Shown piece by piece: positions 56,167 to 64,000 of a stretch of DNA of 64,000 bases. Position numbers and translations under genes: made by a program. Each line of letters opens with the position of its first letter. Within the stretch, counting starts at the first letter, position 1. The notes beneath the pieces were generated by a model. That model was not told the origin of the DNA and searched no databases. It saw only the letters and a program-made list of their open reading frames with translations. Origin of the DNA: Gemmatimonadaceae bacterium (GTDB lineage: Bacteria > Gemmatimonadota > Gemmatimonadetes > Gemmatimonadales > Gemmatimonadaceae); contig JBJMOW010000005.1 in assembly GCA_045803545.1 (NCBI GenBank), positions 960,001-1,024,000 of the forward strand, in the 5' to 3' direction.

Positions 56167-56865
56167 TCAGGCCGTAGACATCTGCCGTCGTCCCCAGGCG
56201 TCATTGCCTTTGACGATCAGCCACACCGCGAACGCTATTTCGGTGGGGCCACCGAGCGCGATGATGTAACGCTGCACCAGCACCGCCAGCGGCGGCCAGA
56301 GGAAGATCAGCCAGAACACCCCCGCAATCACCCACCAGACTCCCAGCCACCGCGGTACAAAAGTCGACTTGAGCATCAGATAGCCGGTAACCAGCTCGAA
56401 CAGCGCGAACAGCGGGAACGAGATGAAGAAAGCCTTCGAATACAGCGCGAGGCCGAGCATTACCGACGACTGCAGTTGCGCGGCCGTGAACGCGCTCGCG
56501 AGGTGAGCGTCGCCGAGTATGATCGGCGGGACGATGCGCAGCAGGCCGGCCACGATCTGCACGATGCAGCCGGTAAGACTGAAGAAGGCGGCGGTGAGCG
56601 CGAAGCTTCGGTTCACCGGCCTGAACAGTCCGTAAAGGCACGCAGTCAGTGCGATGTAGAGCGCGTTGGCAACGAGATCGATCGAGGCTGAAGCCTGAAA
56701 CAGCGCGGGATGCGCGAGAATGTTTTGCGCCGTCGCCACCGCAGCGCCGGTGACAACGATTCCCTTTAGCAGATACAGCGATGGAATTCCAACCACAACG
56801 TACACCAGCCACAAGATTCCAATCGCCCTCGGCGAGGGATGCATTTCGTTTGTGGACTCAGTCAT
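56167..56865 (-). CDS. DUF4386-like membrane protein
   Basis: TAQNIL, LYGLFRPVN, GYLM.KS.F.P.WLG, E....WL..KG. Confidence 0.85.
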   Translation of the reverse strand: MTESTNEMHPSPRAIGILWLVYVVVGIPSLYLLKGIVVTGAAVATAQNILAHPALFQASASIDLVANALYIALTACLYGLFRPVNRSFALTAAFFSLTGCIVQIVAGLLRIVPPIILGDAHLASAFTAAQLQSSVMLGLALYSKAFFISFPLFALFELVTGYLMLKSTFVPRWLGVWWVIAGVFWLIFLWPPLAVLVQRYIIALGGPTEIAFAVWLIVKGNDAWGRRQMSTA

Positions 56866-56881
56866 GCGGCCCGGCTCCCGA

Positions 56882-57520
56882 TTAGCGCGGCGCTGATTCC
56901 GGCGTCTGGTTTTGTGACAGGAGTTTCGTAACGAAGCGCTGGCCCTCGGAGATGCGCTCGACCTCGATTGCGATCGCTTCCATGCCCTGTTCGAGTCGCT
57001 GGAGCCGGTCGGAGTCTGGGCCGGGCAATGCAGGCGCCGATTTGCGCGACTTCCGCCAGCGGCGCCGCGCGAAGACGTAGAACGCGGACATCAAGACAAA
57101 AGTCGTCCCCATTCCGACGGCGAGCCCTTCGCCAAAATTATCGCCGTCTCCGCCGCGCGGCTGCTGCGCCTGCGAGATCAGCTCAGGAGATGCCGCCGCT
57201 ACCTCACGACCGACCGTGCCGAGGTCCGTCTCGAGCTGGAGAATGCGCGCGTCGAGCAGGTTCAGCTGCCCCTGGATTCCTGGCGCCGCCCCGTCGGGTG
57301 CGACGCGCAGCTGCTCGATGAGAGTGTTGCGTCGATCGGTGACGGAGTTGAGCTGGTCGGAGATTTCGCGACGGCGGGCGAGCAGCGCGTTCATCTCCTC
57401 GTGGCTCTTCGGGATTCGAAGAGCCTGACCCTTGCCGTCACTCGTATATACGGTAACGGTCGGAACTTTCACCTGCGGCGCGACGTCGGCGGCTGATTGA
57501 GTGCGTGTAGTTGCCTGCAT
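56882..57520 (-). CDS. coiled-coil single-TM hypothetical protein (paralog B)
   Basis: IPKSH..M.ALL, TM, RL.RLE.G.EA.AIE.ERISEGQRFVT.L. Confidence 0.85.
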   Translation of the reverse strand: MQATTRTQSAADVAPQVKVPTVTVYTSDGKGQALRIPKSHEEMNALLARRREISDQLNSVTDRRNTLIEQLRVAPDGAAPGIQGQLNLLDARILQLETDLGTVGREVAAASPELISQAQQPRGGDGDNFGEGLAVGMGTTFVLMSAFYVFARRRWRKSRKSAPALPGPDSDRLQRLEQGMEAIAIEVERISEGQRFVTKLLSQNQTPESAPR

Positions 57521-57531
57521 GAAGTTTTCGG

Positions 57532-58191
57532 CTAGCGAGGTGCGGGCTCATTGCTGCGCGACTCCGACATCAATCTCGTCACGAAGCGCTGACCCTCAGA
57601 GATGCGCTCGATCTCGATCGCCATTGCCTCGATTCCGTTCTCGAGCCTCTTGAGACGCTCGGAATCCTCAGCGGGAAGTCTGCGCGGAGACGGCACGTCG
57701 CGACGAACGAATCTCTTCCAGATCCAGCGCGCGAGCAGTAGTACCACCGCCACGCCACCGAGAGTACTGAAGACGCCGACAGCAACGCCATCCTCGAAGT
57801 TTCCCGGTTCGTCGGGCGCAGGGGTCGGTTCCGCTGCCATCGACATCAGGTCGGGCGACGCGCCGGCGACCTCCTGACCGATCACATTGAGGCTCGTTTC
57901 CAGCTGGACGATGCGATCGTTCAGGACGTTGAGCTGCGCCTGGAATCCGGGTTTGGCGGACTCGGGTGCCGCGTTCAACTGTTCGAGCAAATCGTTGCGA
58001 TGGTCGGTCGCCTGCTCCAGCTGCTCGTTCATTACTCGACGCTGGGTGAGCAGCGCCATCATGTCGTCGTGGCTCTTGGGTATCTCCAACGTCTGCGTTC
58101 GGAGTACTCCATTCCCCGCGTCAACGAAGACGTGGACGGCCGGCTTGGCTTTTGGCGCTACGTCAGCGCCTGCTTTTGCGGTTGCTTGCAT
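57532..58191 (-). CDS. coiled-coil single-TM hypothetical protein (paralog A)
   Basis: Same motifs as 56882-57520. Confidence 0.85.
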   Translation of the reverse strand: MQATAKAGADVAPKAKPAVHVFVDAGNGVLRTQTLEIPKSHDDMMALLTQRRVMNEQLEQATDHRNDLLEQLNAAPESAKPGFQAQLNVLNDRIVQLETSLNVIGQEVAGASPDLMSMAAEPTPAPDEPGNFEDGVAVGVFSTLGGVAVVLLLARWIWKRFVRRDVPSPRRLPAEDSERLKRLENGIEAMAIEIERISEGQRFVTRLMSESRSNEPAPR

Positions 58192-58286
58192 AATTGCCAT
58201 ACGGTGCGGCAGCACGTTGGGTTACAGACGTTTCGACACTGCTAATCCTTGTAAGGATCGTACTCGTTCTCCCCTGCCATTACCAC
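58109..58286. repeat. diverged direct repeat, copy A (rtcB 3' end + spacer + start of paralog A)
   Basis: Colinear similarity with 60201-60374. Confidence 0.85.
58200..58226 (-). promoter_or_regulatory. putative ECF-sigma promoter TGTAAC-N17-CGTA
   Basis: 8 nt upstream of ATG 58191 (leaderless geometry); conserved in copy B. Confidence 0.5.
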
Positions 58287-59459
58287 GATCAGCGGCCTGA
58301 GAGTGTGAAGAACGCGCACGGTTTCGCCCTGGGCAGCAAGAACTTCCGGCAGCCTGCGATATGCCTGCGGGGCTTCGTCGAGCCCGCCGCCGCGAAGAAT
58401 GATTGCTTTGGGGCCAAGCCATTGGTTGACCATCTCCCATGAGACTTTGCCGGGCGAGACGATGCGCGCCTTCGGTCCCCAGCCTTTCTTTTTGCCGCGG
58501 GCTTCGGTGCGCGACATCACTCGTCCCGCACCATGGACCGTCGACCAGAGCGCGGCCTCGGATTTCTCGGCTACATCACGTGTGCCTTCGAGGATGACTG
58601 CGTCGTCGCCCATCGATCCGCCGACGAATCCGCGCTGGCCCGGAAACGCCGGTGTGGCTCCCTTGCGCACGACGATCAGTTCTTCGCCGCCGTGCGTCTC
58701 CTTCCAGGCGAAGTTGTGATGATTGTGCACGAGGTCAAGCTCGTTGGCGCCTAATATGTCTACGACTTTCCGCGCCACCCATTCTCTGCCGGCGTAAGCG
58801 TATTTGCCGCCCAGCTCCATCAGGGACCAATACGCGTCTCCGAGCGGCGATCTGATGTCGAGCAGCGTCTCGCGCTCCGGTACGCGCGCCCCCCACTTCT
58901 CGTTCGCCGACAGCGCGAGCACGCCTGAGGCGACGGTGTGTCCGAACCCGCGCGAGCCGAAATGCACGCCGACCCAAATGCGGCCGTCTTCATCCGCGAA
59001 GATGTCGACGTAATGGTTGCCACTGCCGACAGTGCCCAGCTGATTGCGCGCTTTTTCTCTCAGCTCGCCCTGGATGTGCTGCGGCAGCGCCGTCCACGCG
59101 GCGTCCTCGAACAGTTCATCGGCGCGCGGTGCGTCGCGCGACACATTCTTGCGACCCATCCCGAATGACACGGTGCGCTGGATCTCGTCAGCGATTTGCT
59201 CCAGCTCCTCGCGGGTATAGTCGCTGATAGTGCGGTCGGTCATGATCGCCGCGTTGCCACACGCGATGTCGAATCCAACGCCGACGACGGAGACCTTGTC
59301 GCGGTACGCCGCGACGCCACCAATCGGCATCACATACCCGACGTGTCCGTCGGCCATCAGCGCCGCGCGCTCCGCGCGCGATGCTACGTCCCGAAGCTGG
59401 GTGAGAGTCTTTTCATCGTGGCTGCCGAAAACCGCGGTGTTGTCTATGACGAGCGACAT
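58242..59459 (-). CDS. rtcB: RtcB RNA 2',3'-cyclic phosphate/5'-OH ligase
   Basis: MADGH.G...PIGG, GFDIACG, GTVGSGNHY, H.GSRG, HNH, VRKGAT, HGAGR, DEAP.AY. Confidence 0.95.
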   Translation of the reverse strand: MSLVIDNTAVFGSHDEKTLTQLRDVASRAERAALMADGHVGYVMPIGGVAAYRDKVSVVGVGFDIACGNAAIMTDRTISDYTREELEQIADEIQRTVSFGMGRKNVSRDAPRADELFEDAAWTALPQHIQGELREKARNQLGTVGSGNHYVDIFADEDGRIWVGVHFGSRGFGHTVASGVLALSANEKWGARVPERETLLDIRSPLGDAYWSLMELGGKYAYAGREWVARKVVDILGANELDLVHNHHNFAWKETHGGEELIVVRKGATPAFPGQRGFVGGSMGDDAVILEGTRDVAEKSEAALWSTVHGAGRVMSRTEARGKKKGWGPKARIVSPGKVSWEMVNQWLGPKAIILRGGGLDEAPQAYRRLPEVLAAQGETVRVLHTLRPLIVVMAGENEYDPYKD

Positions 59460-59492
59460 GACGACAACTGGTGCAACTAAGCGGCCGCCACC

Positions 59493-60182
59493 TTAGAGCA
59501 GGTCGCAGTACATGAAGCGGTTGTCGCGCAACACTCTCTCACCGGCCTCGCAAGCAACAGCATTGGCGAACATGGGTCCGTTCGAGACGAAAGTGTGAAA
59601 TTCACCTCGCTCTCCACATGGATCTGCGGAGGAGGGCAGATCCGCTAGCAGCGCGGAATCGAAGGCTCGTCCAGCGAAGCTCTCATCGAGCTGAGTGGTG
59701 TCGACGCATACGAGCCGTGCATTGAATCCGCGATCGATAAACTCGCGCGCGAGATCGGCGGTATTGCGCCCCCAGATCGGAAAGACCGGGTCGAAGCCTG
59801 AACCTGAGAGCAAACCTTCGCGATACGCGCGCACGTCTTCGAGGAATAGATCCCCGAACGCAATGTGCTTGGCCTCTGGCCAGCGAGCGCGAATCTCGTC
59901 GACGGCAAGGCGAAACGCAGCCTCGTACGCATCGTTGGATGAATTCGGCTCGAGCGAAATCTCGACGAGCGGGAGTCCGATACTCTGCGCTTGCAGCTCG
60001 AGCAACGCCCGACGCACACCGTGCACGCTGATGCGATCGTACACGCGCGTCACACTCGTGAGCAGTGCCACCGGCTGGAATTCGTCGCTGCGCTGAAGCT
60101 CCGCCAGGGCAAGCGCGCTGTCCTTGCCGCCGCTCCAACTCAGGACGACTGGCTTCCCCGATGTCTCGCGAGCTACGGTCAC
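59493..60182 (-). CDS. PP-loop ATPase, diphthine-ammonia ligase-like (MJ0570 family)
   Basis: SWSGGKDS, FGDLFL, DPCGERGEFHTFV. Confidence 0.9.
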   Translation of the reverse strand: MTVARETSGKPVVLSWSGGKDSALALAELQRSDEFQPVALLTSVTRVYDRISVHGVRRALLELQAQSIGLPLVEISLEPNSSNDAYEAAFRLAVDEIRARWPEAKHIAFGDLFLEDVRAYREGLLSGSGFDPVFPIWGRNTADLAREFIDRGFNARLVCVDTTQLDESFAGRAFDSALLADLPSSADPCGERGEFHTFVSNGPMFANAVACEAGERVLRDNRFMYCDLL

Positions 60183-60280
60183 GAGAAACTAGCGAGCGCC
60201 CCATTCCCCACGTCAACGAAGACGCGGACGGGCTTTGCTGGTCGCGCTAAGTCGGCGGCCGGTTTTGGTGTTGCCTGCAT
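60179..60280 (-). pseudogene. 33-aa truncated third copy of the MQAT paralog (possible leader peptide)
   Basis: MQATPKPAADLARPAKPVRVFVDVGNGALASFS*; its TGA overlaps the GTG of the PP-loop gene. Confidence 0.65.
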
Positions 60281-60374
60281 GATTGCCACACGGGTGGGCG
60301 GCACGTTGGGTTACAGGACGTTCGACACTTCGATCCGCGTATGGATCGTACTCAGTCTCCGCCGCCATTACCAC
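60201..60374. repeat. diverged direct repeat, copy B
   Basis: Encodes VVMAAETEYDPYAD versus the RtcB tail VVMAGENEYDPYKD; TGTAAC-N17-CGTG at 60315-60289. Confidence 0.85.
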
Positions 60375-60554
60375 TTGATGACCACAGTGCAGCGAGACAA
60401 CTGCGGGGTAACGTCACGCCACCTGCCAAACGCTCAAATCGACTAATGATAGAAAAAAAGCATCTCGAGATAGAAAATGAACATTTCCGGATGGAGACAA
60501 ATGCAGAGAATTTGTTTCGTTAAATACTACTCACCGCGTGCTTAGGAGACATGG

Positions 60555-62045
60555 ATGCTGAGACCCTGTGTGCCACGCAACATCACCAGAGCACTCTTCT
60601 TGGTCCTGGCAGGGTTTTCGGTGACGGCCTGCCACGAGATCGATGCGCCTTTCTCCCGAAGCGTTCGCCCTCCTTTAACTGTTGCGAGATCAACAGGCGC
60701 GCCTGATCCAATCACCTACTTCCTAGCATCTGACCCGGGTAAGACCGTTGAACTGACATATTACCCATACGACACGTGGGTGGTGATAACGCCTGCGGGC
60801 TCATTTGGACTGAAAAGCCTTAATAGCAGCGCAATCCCATTTTTTAACGGGACAGTGTACGCGACAGGCGTCGCTGGCGGTCGCAATGGATGTGATCTCA
60901 ATGTGATTGTTAGCTACAATGGGAATAACAGTGGCTTCGGAAACTGCGGTGGACCAGAAAGACCTGACACCATTAATGCCCGATGGCATGGCTATGCTAC
61001 ACGTGGATCAATGCCACTTGATTATTTAGGTGATTGCAGCCAGACGACCGCAGTGTGCCACTGGCAGGATCCGAAAGCCACCACTTGGTTCGTGGAATCT
61101 GCCGTTCCGGTGCAACTAAACACGCCCACAGTAAACGTCCCCAAGATTACTCCCGACACCACCCAGTCCACTTGGCGAGCATCCGTAACGTTCAGCACAT
61201 CTCGGACTCCCGCCAAACTTCCTTGGAATAACGCGATCGGCATGCCGATCACCGTCACGCGGCGATTCTGGATCGGCGCAGATAGCTCTAGGAATGCAGA
61301 CTCCGTCGGTGCCTACTGTCATGCGCCGACGGCCAACTTGAATTGCACGTATCCAGTTGGTGAATCCGGGAGGATGGTAGTCAAGGCGTTTACAGGAGGA
61401 TGGGAACAAACAAGCTCGGCAACAGTTCAATGCCAAACAGGGCCTGGCGACTTTGTTTTGAACGACTCACCGGGAGACTTCGCACTCCGCGCGGCGCTTT
61501 TAGAGGCTCTGGACGCGTCACATCCTGATTTGCCAGCAGGTAGCGGGTTATCAGAGTTCAATCATCATGGTGACAAGAGCGAAAAGGGCGGCCGGATCGT
61601 CAGATACTTGGATGGCACGGGGTATCACACGATTCCCGTAGACGACCCGAACTCAACGGAGTGCGAAATGGATCCGACTGCGGGGTACACACCGCCGACG
61701 GGAACCGATTCGGCGGGAATTTATCATGCCCACGCGTACACATATCCGGACAGCGCATATGGCTGCGGCTATGATGTCGACCAAAAGATCTACCTCTCCG
61801 ACTATCCAGGCGACGGTCGTCGACCGGCGATACTTCCGAAAATGGAGGACGAAGGTGGGGGAAGCCCAGGCGACTGGGCGTTCGCGAAGTTACATACGAT
61901 TCCAGTCTACGTTATTTGGAAGGATGGAACGGTTTACAAGCTGGATCCCGGCAATACGGCCGCATTCTACCTCAACCCTTTCCACTGGCGAGCGTTCGGC
62001 CCGGGCACTCGGAAATGTGTCTGGCCACGCCTGTACAAGCCCTAG
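60555..62045 (+). CDS. secreted/lipoprotein with C-terminal JAB/DUF4329-like domain (putative toxin)
   Basis: AGGAG RBS, VTAC lipobox, EKGG.I...GIYHAH...SPGD...VYVI..DG.VY; AT-richer than flanks. Confidence 0.6.
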   Translation: MLRPCVPRNITRALFLVLAGFSVTACHEIDAPFSRSVRPPLTVARSTGAPDPITYFLASDPGKTVELTYYPYDTWVVITPAGSFGLKSLNSSAIPFFNGTVYATGVAGGRNGCDLNVIVSYNGNNSGFGNCGGPERPDTINARWHGYATRGSMPLDYLGDCSQTTAVCHWQDPKATTWFVESAVPVQLNTPTVNVPKITPDTTQSTWRASVTFSTSRTPAKLPWNNAIGMPITVTRRFWIGADSSRNADSVGAYCHAPTANLNCTYPVGESGRMVVKAFTGGWEQTSSATVQCQTGPGDFVLNDSPGDFALRAALLEALDASHPDLPAGSGLSEFNHHGDKSEKGGRIVRYLDGTGYHTIPVDDPNSTECEMDPTAGYTPPTGTDSAGIYHAHAYTYPDSAYGCGYDVDQKIYLSDYPGDGRRPAILPKMEDEGGGSPGDWAFAKLHTIPVYVIWKDGTVYKLDPGNTAAFYLNPFHWRAFGPGTRKCVWPRLYKP

Positions 62046-62051
62046 CCAACT

Positions 62052-62468
62052 ATGAAAAAAAAATTGATCCTCTTGTGTCTGCTGACAATGGCAGCACAAG
62101 CGAACGGCCAAGGTTGTATAGCCGCAAATGACACGAGCACAGAAATGGTTCGACGAATCAAGGGAATCATGTCCGGAAGCACTCAGGATGAGAAAGCTCG
62201 CGTGGCGCTAATGTTACCGCTTGTTGCCCCATCGCAAGTCTATCTCGTTACGGACTCACTCACCTGTGCGCGCGGCCTTCAGGTGTTGGATTCAGTTGTG
62301 AAAGCGACGAACCCGAGAGCACCGTCGGTTATGCCGCCACGAGATGTCTATGTGATCAAGGTCGGAAGCTATACCGCAGTTGCCGATCGACTTCCCTATA
62401 AGAGCGGCTATTTGAGCATCCAGTTTTTCGATCCAAATTGGGCCTTCCTGAGGGTTCTGCTTTTCTAG
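62052..62468 (+). CDS. small secreted protein (putative immunity partner)
   Basis: MKKKLILLCLL..AQA signal peptide; 6 nt after the upstream gene; two mature Cys. Confidence 0.6.
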   Translation: MKKKLILLCLLTMAAQANGQGCIAANDTSTEMVRRIKGIMSGSTQDEKARVALMLPLVAPSQVYLVTDSLTCARGLQVLDSVVKATNPRAPSVMPPRDVYVIKVGSYTAVADRLPYKSGYLSIQFFDPNWAFLRVLLF

Positions 62469-62490
62469 AGGCGACTGGTCGGCGTTCGCA

Positions 62491-64000
<1,510 letters not shown>

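Overview
This is a GC-rich bacterial window, most likely Gemmatimonadota. That assignment is inferred from the PBP2 N-terminus and the lineage-typical small proteins, not proven. Positions 1-34.5 kb hold accessory metabolic and regulatory genes: a LytS/LytTR pair, LysR/AraC/GntR regulators, a PLP decarboxylase, desaturases, PhzF/RidA/tautomerase, an ABC exporter, hydrolases and three DUF4386-like genes. The same stretch has an unusual heme-oxygenase-like diiron enzyme / hybrid kinase / HD-GYP locus and a candidate ~200-nt rod-shaped ncRNA. Positions 34.6-45.1 kb form an AT-richer island. It carries a HigB-HigA-SecB toxin-antitoxin-chaperone operon, a complete type I restriction-modification system, two 3' fragments of tRNA-Pro(GGG) forming a 45-bp direct repeat, and a decayed excisionase/integrase-like element loaded with microproteins. 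Next come an unannotated 16-aa peptide gene with a strong SD directly upstream of a membrane HD-GYP protein, an orphan mrdA, and rtcB flanked by a diverged ~175-bp duplication that keeps an ECF-type promoter. The window ends with a putative JAB-domain toxin/immunity pair and a partial sigma-54 activator. No rRNA, intact tRNA or CRISPR array was seen. Family calls come from motif recognition only; no searches were run.
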